Source: a virus (lineage: Duplodnaviria > Caudoviricetes). From it: DNA of 64,000 nt. A program made the translations under genes and the position numbers. The stretch covers positions 2,111-66,110 of IMG/VR virus record IMGVR_UViG_3300035667_000058; one strand, 5' to 3'. Positions 1 through 9,950 of this stretch are shown here, piece after piece. The notes below the pieces were generated by a model. That model saw only the letters and a program-made list of their open reading frames with translations. It searched no databases and had not been told where the DNA came from. Position 1 is the first letter of the stretch. Each line of letters opens with the position of its first letter.

Positions 1-418
1 CTACCCCCTCGGCTGCGGCCAGCGTGGCGAGCACCGATGCCTTGGTCGGCCACGCGACCGCGCCGACCACTACACCGCGTAGGCCATGCACGCCCACCGC
101 TTCCTCGACGGTGATCGGGTGCTTGCCCTCAAGCCGACCGAAGATCGCCAGGTCGAGCGGCACGTCATGGTTGCCGCGTACTACCAGCACCGGCGCGATC
201 TCCGCGAGCGCTTGCAGCCACTGCGCCACAGCGTCGCGCTCGGTCGGTGATGACTTGCGCTCGAAGATGTCGCCCGAGTGCAGGATGGCATCGACGTTGC
301 GCTGGGCGATGTCCTGCGCGATGAAGTCGTGCACGTGGATGCACTCGGCGAACCGGCCCGACGGCGCATCAAAGAAGTGCGAGTCGGCGATCACCGCGGC
401 GCGGTACGTGGCCACCAT
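1..418 (-). CDS. SbcD/Mre11-like metallophosphoesterase exonuclease, truncated by window edge
   Basis: Not in ORF track; my translation MVATYRAAVIADSHFF...ILHSGDIFERK...VVRGNHDV has DxH, GDxF and GNHD motifs; ATG overlaps the upstream TGA. Confidence 0.85.
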   Translation of the reverse strand, partial: MVATYRAAVIADSHFFDAPSGRFAECIHVHDFIAQDIAQRNVDAILHSGDIFERKSSPTERDAVAQWLQALAEIAPVLVVRGNHDVPLDLAIFGRLEGKHPITVEEAVGVHGLRGVVVGAVAWPTKASVLATLAAAEGV

Positions 419-1620
419 CAATATTTCTCCGACGGGTTCGTGGTGAGCTCCTGTTGCTGGCCGACGGGCTTACTCGCTGCGCTCACGTTCAGCGCGTTGC
501 CGGGCACGCTCGCCCCGTCGACCAGTTGTGCGGGCGCGCTGGTGGCAGCGGGCGTATTCACCTCGCCCGTCTCTTTGTCGTAGTCGCTCCAGTCATCCTC
601 GGCGGCCGTGCCGATGGGCGGCGGATCGTGCGGCGGTAGTTGGTGGTGCGTCGGGCCCGGTGTCATGTGCCGGGGTTGGCCGCCACCGTAGAGCGCTTGG
701 CGACTGCCCAAGAACGCATCGGCAGTCTTGCCGGCAAACATCATCTTGAGCGCGGGGTCATCGGTGACCCCGGTGAACATGATCTTGACGATCACGAACG
801 GCTTTTGCAGATCAGCACGGCTGTACTTGCTGCGCACGCCGAGCCGTCGGATCACGCGATTCATGGCCTTTGACTCTGCGTGGCGCAGGATGAATTTACG
901 CGTCATCGGCAGCTCTTTGTCCTTGCTCGCAAGCATGGCCTCGGAGCCATCACGCAAATCCATCTCGACCGAGCCGATTTCAGTGCGCAACGTGCCGTCG
1001 AAGTTTCGCACGTACCCAACGGCCCGGTAGTGCACGTAGTGAGGATCGCGCCCGTTATCCAAGCGCGAGCACTGTGCAGCATCCCAGTCGATGCCGGCCG
1101 CGGCGCTGATCTTCGCGAGCGCCGTCTTGTCTAGGCCGCGCTCGGCACTGTCTGGGTGGGGAATGCCGTAGGTCTCGCGGTCAACGTCGATGTACACGCA
1201 GCTGACTGCCAGCGCGCAGCCCGCCGGCAGCTGTCCGCAGCTGGTTTGCGGCGTGATCAAGTGGCCGACCTGCGACGCAGTGGCCATGATGGCGCCGATC
1301 TCATCGGGCTTGCTGTAGGTGCCTTGTAGATCATCGGGCTGGCGAGTGACGATGGCGCTGCCGCTGTTGCCACCCGCAGGCGCCGCAGCCGGCAGCGCGC
1401 TCGAAGCTTTGGGCGCAGCCTGAGCGCCACCTGCTTGTCGCCTTGCGATCTCAGCGCGCAGCCCGGCCACGAGCTTTTTGTCGCGGTCGGGATAGCGCGA
1501 CTCACCTGCATCGAGCGTCTTGCTGATGCGATCATTCCAGTACGTCAGTGATGAGGTCTGCGCGGCGTCGAGCGTCATGCCCTTGTCGTTGCCGCCGGGG
1601 ATCTTCAGTTGCTCGCTCAT
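418..1620 (-). CDS. Putative recombination / ssDNA-annealing-like protein
   Basis: 400 aa from MSEQLK; AESKAMNRVIRRLG..Y....L.KPF core, acidic DKETGEV tail; coupled to the exonuclease gene. Confidence 0.45.
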   Translation of the reverse strand: MSEQLKIPGGNDKGMTLDAAQTSSLTYWNDRISKTLDAGESRYPDRDKKLVAGLRAEIARRQAGGAQAAPKASSALPAAAPAGGNSGSAIVTRQPDDLQGTYSKPDEIGAIMATASQVGHLITPQTSCGQLPAGCALAVSCVYIDVDRETYGIPHPDSAERGLDKTALAKISAAAGIDWDAAQCSRLDNGRDPHYVHYRAVGYVRNFDGTLRTEIGSVEMDLRDGSEAMLASKDKELPMTRKFILRHAESKAMNRVIRRLGVRSKYSRADLQKPFVIVKIMFTGVTDDPALKMMFAGKTADAFLGSRQALYGGGQPRHMTPGPTHHQLPPHDPPPIGTAAEDDWSDYDKETGEVNTPAATSAPAQLVDGASVPGNALNVSAASKPVGQQQELTTNPSEKY

Positions 1621-1679
1621 GAGTGAACGCTCCAATCTGCACGCGCGGTGATTCGCGGTGGTCTTGGTGTAGCACAGGC

Positions 1680-1696
1680 TATGCATGGCGTGCATA
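1680..1696. promoter_or_regulatory. Putative repressor operator TATGC-N7-GCATA upstream of the recombination operon
   Basis: Perfect CTATGCA-N5-TGCATAG inverted repeat; same motif at cI/cro and at 62033-62074. Confidence 0.65.
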
Positions 1697-2316
1697 GATT
1701 TTCAAAGTGCTTTTCTATCCATGGAAGGGCGCGCTTCTGTGGTGTTTTTTTCCACCATGAGATCGCTTGTTGGCGCCCTTACACGTCCCAATCCCCCGAA
1801 CTCCCTACAGCTAGCGCTGCACAGATACAGCGCGATAACCTTGCGTAACCATTTGCGATGCGGCGTAGATAAGTAAGTGATTTCAGAGGCATAGCCATAA
1901 TTGGCTGCACAGAACGCGGCTCTTGCAAGCGGCGCTGCGCTGGGCGCACATTTCGCCCATGACACGGCACAGGGTCGAACTGGGCGCAGTCGTGCAGGAC
2001 GTGTTGGCTGTGGCGCGGATGCAACCTGGGGGGGTGTAGTCCCCCCCCCATGGTGGGGGGGGGGGGGGGGGACATTTTCCTTCTCAGCTGCCGCGGTTCG
2101 ATAGCCCGTACGGGCTCGCGTACAAGCTCGGGGTCCGCACTGTGCCCAGCGCACGCCGTGGCGTGCGCGTAGTCGGCCACGTGATCTACTTTTGTCGGTC
2201 GGCGAACGTCGCAGGCGCGCGGCAGCTCGTGCGCCAGGGCATCGCGCGCTGGGCGCTACGCCAGGCCGATATGGCCGAGAGTGCGGACTCGATCAAGATC
2301 GTCGCGGCCGGACTGC

Positions 2317-2880
2317 TCACTTCGTCGGCGGGGCCTGGTCCTGGCGGCGCCGCGCTTGAATTCTAGCCCGCGTGCGCTTGGGCTGGGCTTGGGCGGCACT
2401 GCTCGTCTCGCGAATCGCGGCCTCTCGTGCAGCTTGCGCGACGGCTGCGTTGCCCGCTCGGCGCGGGCTTGCGTGCGCTCGATAGCAGCCGAGCCACGCC
2501 GTGACATACGCTGCTGTCATCCGGTGGTGCTGGTTGTCTCGCAAGTAACGCTCCAGCAAGAGTTGCTCTTGCTGGGTCGCGTGCAGTCGTGTGAGCAGAT
2601 TCTCGAAGCCCTCGGTACTGAGCGTGGGGTCGGTGTCCTTCTCAACGCCGGAGATGATCCAGTCAAGCGAGCGCCCGAGCACGGTGGCGACGATGATGAA
2701 TTCGCGCGCCGAGAGCCCATGCATGCCCCGCTCGTACTTGTACACCGATGCGCCCGTCCGATAGCCCAGCCGACGGGCAAGCTCGACCTGGTCCATTCCG
2801 ATGGCCAGCCTAGCCTTGCGGATCCGTTGACCAATTTCGCGGTGCAGCGGCTCCATCGCGGCGCGGGTACGGGGTGGCAT
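2317..2880 (-). CDS. CI-like XRE helix-turn-helix repressor
   Basis: IGQRIRKARLAIGMDQVELARRLG...VYKYERG; divergent from the cro-like gene. Confidence 0.8.
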   Translation of the reverse strand: MPPRTRAAMEPLHREIGQRIRKARLAIGMDQVELARRLGYRTGASVYKYERGMHGLSAREFIIVATVLGRSLDWIISGVEKDTDPTLSTEGFENLLTRLHATQQEQLLLERYLRDNQHHRMTAAYVTAWLGCYRAHASPRRAGNAAVAQAAREAAIRETSSAAQAQPKRTRARIQARRRQDQAPPTK

Positions 2881-2892
2881 AACGCTGAGTCT

Positions 2893-2986
2893 TATACGCC
2901 TGGTGCATAACAGGCTAGGGGTTCCCGCCAACTATGCACGGATAGCATTGACACGGGCTACCGCTCGTCTATGCTCGGCGAGCATG
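2893..2986. promoter_or_regulatory. Immunity switch: three TATGC-N7-GCATA-like operators and a rightward promoter
   Basis: Operators at 2893-2909, 2933-2949, 2970-2986; TTGACA (2948)-16 nt-TATGCT (2970) precedes ATG 2984. Confidence 0.65.
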
Positions 2987-3400
2987 TTTTTGGGCCAACG
3001 TATCAGGGCTGCACGACAAGAGGCGAAGCTCAGCCCCGTCGAGCTCGCCACTGAACTCGGGATCACCCAGCCCACGCTGTGGCGCTACGAAGCCGGCAAG
3101 GTCACGCCCAAGCTCAGTCGGCTGACCGATATCGCAGCGCGAGTCGGCAAGAGCCTCGAGTATTTTATCGTGCACCGGCCCAAGCGCGTGGCGGTGCGCG
3201 CGAGCGCTGCCAGCAGGCCGAAAAAGACGAAACGTCGCGTGGCCAAGCGCACGAGCACGGCCGGTGCCGCTGCGCGTGACAGCGCCGCGCAGAAGGGATC
3301 CGGCTCATGGCAGACCAAGGTCACAGTGCAGGGGAAGGTCCGCGCTCGTTCACGCGGTTCATTGAGGCGCTCGGCGACGGGCAAGCCAACAGCGATCTGA
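2984..3400 (+). CDS. Cro-like XRE HTH regulator with basic tail
   Basis: MFLGQRIRAARQEAKLSPVELATELGITQPTLWRYEAGKVTP. Confidence 0.8.
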   Translation: MFLGQRIRAARQEAKLSPVELATELGITQPTLWRYEAGKVTPKLSRLTDIAARVGKSLEYFIVHRPKRVAVRASAASRPKKTKRRVAKRTSTAGAAARDSAAQKGSGSWQTKVTVQGKVRARSRGSLRRSATGKPTAI

Positions 3401-3705
3401 GTAACGAGCTGTTCGATCTGGGCGCGGTGCTGCGTCGCGAATCCGTAGAGCGCGGCGAGTGCAGAGGCGAGCTGCAGCTAACGCTGAAATTCAAGGTCGA
3501 CCAGTTCGGCCAGGTGATCACCAGCTATCAGATCAAGATCAAAGAGCCCGAGCCCGGCCGGCCGGCGAGCATGTTCTGGCTCACCAAACACGGCAACTTC
3601 AGCGTGGACAACCCGCGTCAGCAGAGCTTGCCGTTGCACGAGGTGGTCACCCAAGACGGCGAAGTCATCGAAGTCGGCGGCCAGCGTCCCGCGCGGGAGG
3701 TTTGA
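3307..3705 (+). CDS. YfdP-like phage protein
   Basis: GELQLTLKFK...FWLTKHGNFSVDNPRQQSL; usual partner upstream of DUF2303. Confidence 0.6.
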   Translation: MADQGHSAGEGPRSFTRFIEALGDGQANSDLSNELFDLGAVLRRESVERGECRGELQLTLKFKVDQFGQVITSYQIKIKEPEPGRPASMFWLTKHGNFSVDNPRQQSLPLHEVVTQDGEVIEVGGQRPAREV

Positions 3706-3708
3706 GCC

Positions 3709-4623
3709 ATGAGTTACGACGACGATGACGACGGCAGCAATGGCGACAATCCGCAGACCAACGCGCAGGCGATCATCAACACGGTCCGCGAACTCGTCAA
3801 CGCCGATGTGATCCACCTCGCCGACGCGCCTGCGGTGTTGGTCTTGCCCGCTGGCAAGACTGCGCAGAGCGTCAAGCCGTTCCTGGACGCGTACCTCAAG
3901 GCGCCCGAGCGCAAGACCGGCACGGCGCAGCTCAGCACGCTCGACAGTTTTTGCCAGCACGTCAATCGGTTCAGCGATGAGGACAGCGCGCTGTTCGCCG
4001 ACGACAACCCCACCAGTCCCAGGCTCGTGGGCGTGCTGAACTATCACGAGAGCAAGGCGGGCTCGCCGCGGTTTGGCGACCATCGCGCGTCGTACACGTT
4101 TCCGCTGTCGGTCGAGTGGCTGTGCTGGACGCGCACCAGGCCCATGAATCAGGCGCAGTTCGCCGAGTTCATCGAGGACCACATCGCCGACGTGCTCGAC
4201 CCGAGCAAGATCGGTGAGGACACGTGGGCGTTTTGCGAGCAGCTCGAGATCGTGCTCGCGCAGCCCTCGGCGCTCATGGCTCTTAGCAAGGGTTTGAGCG
4301 TGTACGTCGATGGCAAGGTCACCAACAACGTGAACCTTGCGGACGGCACGGGGTCGATCGCGTTCAGCGAGGAGCACAAAGACGCGCAGGGTGCGCCGCT
4401 CAAGGTGCCGCGCGGGTTCGCCGTGGGGATCCCGGTGTTCACGGGCGGCGAGCGGTACGCGTTGCCAATGCGACTTCGATACAAGGTCATGGGCGGCAAG
4501 GTGACGTGGGAGCTGTTGCCGCACCGGGTGCAGCAGGCGTTCAGGCATGCGGTCACCGAGGCCTGCACCAAGGCTGCGGAGGCGACCAAGCTGCCGCTGT
4601 ACTACGGGACGCCTGAGACATGA
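3709..4623 (+). CDS. DUF2303 (YfdQ family) protein
   Basis: LDSFCQHVNRF, FGDHRA, SVEW, QAQFAEFIED, GIPVF motifs. Confidence 0.85.
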   Translation: MSYDDDDDGSNGDNPQTNAQAIINTVRELVNADVIHLADAPAVLVLPAGKTAQSVKPFLDAYLKAPERKTGTAQLSTLDSFCQHVNRFSDEDSALFADDNPTSPRLVGVLNYHESKAGSPRFGDHRASYTFPLSVEWLCWTRTRPMNQAQFAEFIEDHIADVLDPSKIGEDTWAFCEQLEIVLAQPSALMALSKGLSVYVDGKVTNNVNLADGTGSIAFSEEHKDAQGAPLKVPRGFAVGIPVFTGGERYALPMRLRYKVMGGKVTWELLPHRVQQAFRHAVTEACTKAAEATKLPLYYGTPET

Positions 4624-5795
4624 ATATCGCGCTCGCAGAGATTCGGGTGGGCAAGCGGCATCGCAAGGACATGGGCGATATCGATGGCCTGGTCGAATCG
4701 ATGCGAGTGTTGGGGCTGCTGCAGCCCATAGGCGTGACAGCGGACTACGAGTTGGTGTTCGGCCAACGGCGATTGAAGGCTGCCAAAAAGCTCGGGTGGG
4801 AGACGATCGCAGCGCGTGTCATCAAGGTCGACAAACTGCTCGCCGAGCAGGACGAGAACGAAGTACGCAAGGAGTTCACGCCCAGCGAACGGGTGGCAAT
4901 CACCGAGGCGATTCGCGAGCGGATCACAGAGCGACGGGGCCGGCCGGGGAAAACAAATGTGGAAGTTTTTCCACAAATACCGGCTGGCACGAAGACCCGC
5001 GAACACGCCGCGGTCAAAGCCGGTTTTGGCAATGACGCCACCTACCGCCAGGCCAAGGCGGTCGTCGACCGGGGCACGGCCGACCTGGTGCGCGCCATGG
5101 ACAGCGGTGGGCTTTCCATCAACCTCGCGAGCAAACTCGCCGAGCGCCCAGTCAAAGACCAGCAACGCGTCGCGACGGCCGTGCTCGGCGGCCAAGACGC
5201 GCGCAATGCCGTGCGCGAACTGCACCGCGAGCAACGCATTGCCCGGCTTGCCGAAGTCGTGGGCAGCAACGTCGAGCTTGGGGGCAGCCTCGGCAAGCAC
5301 CCGATCATTTACGCCGATCCGCCGTGGCGCTACGAGCACGCCGAGTCCATGAGCCGCGAGATTGAAAACCAGTATCCCACCATGGAAATCGCCGACATCT
5401 GCGCGCTGCCCGTGCGCGACGTGAGCACCGAAGACGCGGTGCTGTTTCTGTGGGCGACCTCGCCCAAGTTGGCCGAGGCGCTGCAGGTAGTGACCGCTTG
5501 GGGCTTCACGTACCGCACGTGCATGGTGTGGGATAAAGAGCGGATCGGCATGGGCTACTACGCCCGCCAGCAGCACGAGTTGCTGTTGATCGCGACGGTG
5601 GGCCAGCCACCAGCGCCGCGGCCAGAAGCTCGCCCGCCCAGTGTGATCCGTGCACCGCGTGGCGAGCACAGCAGCAAGCCCGTGCGCTTCTACGAGATCA
5701 TCGAAAACATGTATCCCGAGCTGCCGCGGCTCGAGTTGTTCAGCCGCTCGCCGCGCACGGGCTGGAAGGTATGGGGCAATCAAAGTGCCGCATGA
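4620..5795 (+). CDS. ParB-N domain fused to MT-A70 family adenine methyltransferase
   Basis: N-term GLLQPI..LVFGQRRLKA and EQDEN..R; C-term IYADPPW, LFLWAT, WGFTY, HSSKP, RLELFSR. Confidence 0.9.
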   Translation: MNIALAEIRVGKRHRKDMGDIDGLVESMRVLGLLQPIGVTADYELVFGQRRLKAAKKLGWETIAARVIKVDKLLAEQDENEVRKEFTPSERVAITEAIRERITERRGRPGKTNVEVFPQIPAGTKTREHAAVKAGFGNDATYRQAKAVVDRGTADLVRAMDSGGLSINLASKLAERPVKDQQRVATAVLGGQDARNAVRELHREQRIARLAEVVGSNVELGGSLGKHPIIYADPPWRYEHAESMSREIENQYPTMEIADICALPVRDVSTEDAVLFLWATSPKLAEALQVVTAWGFTYRTCMVWDKERIGMGYYARQQHELLLIATVGQPPAPRPEARPPSVIRAPRGEHSSKPVRFYEIIENMYPELPRLELFSRSPRTGWKVWGNQSAA

Positions 5796-6456
5796 CGTGC
5801 ACGACTTCGAGCAGCAGAAGCAATTCGCCGAATCGGTGCGAAGCGAATCGTTCTGGGCCGAAGTCTACAAGCGCGCGTTTCCTGACATGACGACCAGCTA
5901 CCTCAACCGCCGCAACAACGGCGCGCAGCGTGCCGGCATCGATCGCGTGATCGTGCTGCGCAGCACCAAGGTTCTTCGTATCGATGAGAAGCTGCGCCGC
6001 GATGTGCGTGACGACATCTTACTTGAGTACCTTTCCAATGATCGAACGGGTGCGCTGGGCTGGATGGAGAAGGATCTTATGATCGACTATCTCGCCTATG
6101 CCATGCTGCCGGCGCAGCGGTGCTACCTGTTTCCGTGGGACATGTTGCGCAGGGCGTGGCTCGCGCACCGGGACGATTGGATTGAGCGGGGCAAACGCGG
6201 ACTCGATGGGTTCAAATGCCCTCCGCCCGCACAGAACAGGGGCTATGCAACGCATTCGGTATGTGTGCCCACTGCAGTGCTGCGCCGCACGGTGGCGCGC
6301 GCGGGCGTGATTCAACTCGACGCGCCGGACGGGCCCGCCGGCCCGGCCATGGGGCCGTCAGATGGGCTCAAGCCGCTGGCCTTCAACCGTGACGATGGCG
6401 CCCAGCAGAAGCTCAACTTCGGCGTCACGAGTGGGCTCGGGAAAGGCCATCGCTGA
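5785..6456 (+). CDS. Putative PD-(D/E)xK nuclease-like protein
   Basis: GIDRVIVL...IDEKLR...DILLEYLS...GWM; start uncertain (5785 or 5797). Confidence 0.5.
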   Translation: MPHDVHDFEQQKQFAESVRSESFWAEVYKRAFPDMTTSYLNRRNNGAQRAGIDRVIVLRSTKVLRIDEKLRRDVRDDILLEYLSNDRTGALGWMEKDLMIDYLAYAMLPAQRCYLFPWDMLRRAWLAHRDDWIERGKRGLDGFKCPPPAQNRGYATHSVCVPTAVLRRTVARAGVIQLDAPDGPAGPAMGPSDGLKPLAFNRDDGAQQKLNFGVTSGLGKGHR

Positions 6457-7376
6457 TGCAATGGGTGCGGCTCGATAGCCAGGCGATGAGCCATCCCAAG
6501 CTCCTGCGAGCGGGCGCGGAGGCCGCTGCGCTATGGGTTTCGGGGCTCTGTCACTGCAACACCCACACGACCAATGGACGCATTGACGCCGATATGGTGC
6601 CGCTTTTGTATCCGCCACTGGGGTGGGCAAAAGCCCGCAAGGCCGCTCAGCAACTGTGCAACGTCGGTCTGTGGAGTGACCGTGGCGACCACTTTATGGT
6701 GCACGACTACGAGGACTTTCAATCTGAGGCGACCAAGGATGCCATCATCGCCAAGCGAGAATATGAACGATCTCGCAAGGCTGAGCAGCGCTCGCGCAGT
6801 CATCGTCCGGGACATGTCCCGGACAATGTCCCGGACATGTCCCACGGGACAATCACTGAAAGTCCCGGACTGTCCCCTCGCGCGGGCGTGCGCGCGGGCA
6901 CGCCCGCGTCCGACCGACCGACCGACCGACCGACCGACCGGGGGGGTTGTCCCGCTGGGACAAAAACCGGAAACGGCCACCACCCCCCACCCCAAATTCA
7001 AAACGAACCCGGACTGAGCAAGCCGGTGCATCAGTTCTGGGCGATTTGGGAAGAGCTCGCAGGTGGCGGTCCTGGAACGTGCGGATCGATCAAGGCGCAC
7101 CAGGCCGACCTTCAAGCGGCATGGGTTGCGTGCTGCAATCGCTCGGGCTGCAATCGCTCGGCGAACCCCGAGACCACCGCCGACTCGCTGTGGCGCTCGA
7201 TCGTGACGGCCTACCTCACCGATCGCCGCGCGAGTGGTAAGCGCATCGACCTTGGGTTTCTGTGCACGCGCGACTTCGCTGGCTACGCCGACCTGGCGAC
7301 CCGCAACGGGTCAACACCCTTGCCAGCGATGTACCAGGATTATCCCTTGCCTAAGATCCCTGGGGAGTCGTCATGA
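6456..7376 (+). CDS. Replication initiator (lambda O-analogue)
   Basis: WVRLD..HPK..ALW..NGRI N-terminus, internal iterons, directly upstream of DnaB. Confidence 0.7.
   Translation: MQWVRLDSQAMSHPKLLRAGAEAAALWVSGLCHCNTHTTNGRIDADMVPLLYPPLGWAKARKAAQQLCNVGLWSDRGDHFMVHDYEDFQSEATKDAIIAKREYERSRKAEQRSRSHRPGHVPDNVPDMSHGTITESPGLSPRAGVRAGTPASDRPTDRPTDRGGCPAGTKTGNGHHPPPQIQNEPGLSKPVHQFWAIWEELAGGGPGTCGSIKAHQADLQAAWVACCNRSGCNRSANPETTADSLWRSIVTAYLTDRRASGKRIDLGFLCTRDFAGYADLATRNGSTPLPAMYQDYPLPKIPGESS
6805..6963. repeat. Putative origin: GGGACA/TGTCCC iterons plus (CCGA)7 tract
   Basis: GGACATGTCCC-type units 6809-6876; CCGA x7 at 6910-6937; TTGTCCC-gct-GGGACAA at 6947-6963. Confidence 0.65.
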
Positions 7377-8773
7377 AGCCTCTTGCCATGCCTCACGACT
7401 CGCAAGCGGAGACCGCAGTACTCGGCAGCGTGCTGCTCGACTCAGAGTGCTGGGCGGTTGCGGCGGAGTTGCTACGAGCTGGTGATTTTTACGTGCCTCG
7501 CAACGGCGAGGTGTGGCGTGCGATGGCAGCGCTGATGAAGTCGGGCAGCGCGATCGACATGGTGTTGCTCACGAGCCAGTTGCGTCAGTCTGGCAGGCTC
7601 GAGCAAGCGGGGGGCGAAGAGTATTTGTTTGAGCTCACGGCGGTCATTCCCACCGTCGAGCACACCGAGCAGATGGCCAAGCGCGTCGCAGAGCTTGCGA
7701 CGATCCGTGACGTTGTCCGCGTTGCGCTCGGTGTTGCCCAAGAGGGCAGCGGGTCGATCGAGGACGTCGCAGATTATCTCGATCGTGCGACTATCGTGAT
7801 TGGGCTCGTGACCGAGCGACGCGTGGGGCAAGTGCAAGTCGCGATGCTCGGTGAGCTTCTGCACGAGAGCTACGCAGAACTCGCGCGCCGGCAGTCGCAA
7901 GGCCAGACGTTGATCGGGCATGCGACGGGGTACACCGACCTCGACCACAGTCTCGGCGGGTTTGCCAGCGGCGATCTGATCGTGCTCGCCGGCCGGCCCG
8001 GTATGGGCAAGACCGCGCTCGCCAACGGCCTAAAGCTCGGCGTTGCTCGCAACAGCGGTATGACAGTGCTCTCGCTCGAACTCGAAATGAACCGCGAGCA
8101 AATCAGTCATCGCGTGTTCAGCAGCGAGACCGACGTCGACTTGCAACGCCTGCGTAAAGTGCAGCTCGCGCACGCCGAGTTCAGCAGGCTGGCCAATGCC
8201 GCCGAGCGACTTACGGATCTGCCCGTGGCGGTGATCACGCGACGCGACACCAAGATTTCAGAGTTGCGCACCGCCGCGCGCAAGCTCGGCCGTGAGCGCG
8301 GCGGACTCAGCATGGTGGTGGTGGACTACCTGCAGCTGGTGAGGCCCGAGAGACGCGAGCAGAACCGCGAGATTGAAGTTGCCGGCATCACCAAAGCGCT
8401 CAAGAGTCTAGCGGGCGAGCTGGACTGCCCGGTGGTCGCGCTTAGCCAGCTCAACCGCGGGCTTGAGAGTCGCTCGGGCAACGACAAGCGGCCGCGGCTG
8501 TCAGACCTGCGCGAGTCGGGCGCGATCGAGCAGGACGCAGATACCGTGCTGTTTATTCATCGGGACGACCAGCGTAGCTCTGACCCCGTGCCGGACGACA
8601 TCGCGGAGATCATCATCGGCAAGCAGCGTAGCGGCGCGGTCGGGGTGGTGCGGCTGCGGTGGGTCAAAGAGTTCACGCGGTTCGAGAACCTGTATGCGCC
8701 AGCGGTCGCACAGGCGGAGCTCGGCTACGACAACAGCAGCAACGGCAACGCAAGGGGGGAGCGATGGCAATGA
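7373..8773 (+). CDS. dnaB: Replicative DNA helicase
   Basis: GRPGMGKT, VDYLQL, SQLNR, DLRESGAIEQDAD, KQRSG. Confidence 0.97.
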   Translation: MKPLAMPHDSQAETAVLGSVLLDSECWAVAAELLRAGDFYVPRNGEVWRAMAALMKSGSAIDMVLLTSQLRQSGRLEQAGGEEYLFELTAVIPTVEHTEQMAKRVAELATIRDVVRVALGVAQEGSGSIEDVADYLDRATIVIGLVTERRVGQVQVAMLGELLHESYAELARRQSQGQTLIGHATGYTDLDHSLGGFASGDLIVLAGRPGMGKTALANGLKLGVARNSGMTVLSLELEMNREQISHRVFSSETDVDLQRLRKVQLAHAEFSRLANAAERLTDLPVAVITRRDTKISELRTAARKLGRERGGLSMVVVDYLQLVRPERREQNREIEVAGITKALKSLAGELDCPVVALSQLNRGLESRSGNDKRPRLSDLRESGAIEQDADTVLFIHRDDQRSSDPVPDDIAEIIIGKQRSGAVGVVRLRWVKEFTRFENLYAPAVAQAELGYDNSSNGNARGERWQ

Positions 8774-9272
8774 GTGAAGACCTGCGATTTCACGGGGCGC
8801 TACCCATGGGCGACATGAGCGGGGCGATCTTGAAAGCCCGTGAACTCGGTCGGCACGAGCTGGCCGACGAGCTCACGGCGTTGCGGGACCTTTGGGCGCG
8901 CGCGGTGGCTCGGGCATGCAAGCCGCTGGCACATCGGCGTGCGACGCAGCGAGAGCGCCTGGCGCGCGAATCTGGGCTATCGCGCAGGCGCGCGCGCGAG
9001 GTGGCGCATGGCTAAGCTCGTCCCGGTTTCCGAACGCAATCACGCGCTCGCGCATGCATCTGTGCCACCGTGCGCCCATGCGGATGCGCTCATCATCGGG
9101 CGCGACGCAACGGTATTCATCGCAGCGCCGGACGCGACGCGCGTCATCGCACTCAAGGGTTGCACGCTCAGCTGGTGCACGCAGTGCGGGGCAACTCGGT
9201 GCAACAATGGCCGGTGGGCTGCGCCGGGCACTGAAATCGATTCGGTGAGCCCGGCCGGGGACGGGGCCGCGC

Positions 9273-9950
9273 ATGCGTAAGATTCGCGCCGTTGCCCCGC
9301 TGACGCTGCCCGGCATGGACGCCGGGCCGAGCCGCAAGCCCATCACCCCGCTTGCGCGCGCAATGTCCCTGCGCGGCCACAAGGCCCGCAAGCGAACCGC
9401 GCCAGCGCCGCGGCCATGGGAGTGCGTGACACTGAACGTCGACACGGCGAAAAACAGCGGCTGGGCGATCGGTGTGCGCGGCAAGCTCATCAGCTACGGC
9501 GAGCACAACACCGAGAAGTACCCGGGAGCGACCGAGTGCGTGGTCATGCAGGTGATCGCGCTTGGCCGCCAATACAAACTGCCCGTGATCATGGTGCTTG
9601 AAGCGCCCTACGGCGGCGCGGTGTACATGGTGGTTGCTTTGGGCGTTGCCAAAGAGCGCTGGCTCAAAGCGTGGCGTGAATGCCTGCAGGCCAAGGGCCG
9701 GGTGGTGACGGTCGAGCCCAACGTGTGGCGGGGCCCGGTGCTGGGAAGCTGGGCGGTGGGCCTTCCGCGTGAACAGGTGCGTGCAAGCGAAATGAGCATG
9801 GCGCTTGGCATCACGAAACGGTCAGTGCTTGGCGCCGACACCGCCGCGGCGGTGTGCATTCACCACTGGTCGACTTACGCGCCGCAGGTGGGCAAGGCGA
9901 TCGGCGAGAGGGCCATCAAGGCAAGCGTGAAAGCGTGGTGCGGGCAATGA
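9273..9950 (+). CDS. RuvC-like Holliday junction resolvase
   Basis: LNVDTAKNSGWAI, VLEAPYG, EPNVWR, DTAAAVCI acidic pattern. Confidence 0.6.
   Translation: MRKIRAVAPLTLPGMDAGPSRKPITPLARAMSLRGHKARKRTAPAPRPWECVTLNVDTAKNSGWAIGVRGKLISYGEHNTEKYPGATECVVMQVIALGRQYKLPVIMVLEAPYGGAVYMVVALGVAKERWLKAWRECLQAKGRVVTVEPNVWRGPVLGSWAVGLPREQVRASEMSMALGITKRSVLGADTAAAVCIHHWSTYAPQVGKAIGERAIKASVKAWCGQ

Noticed and set aside
1702-2180. Minus-strand ORFs through the G tract
   Set aside because: Low-complexity translations whose frame depends on homopolymer length; no family motif
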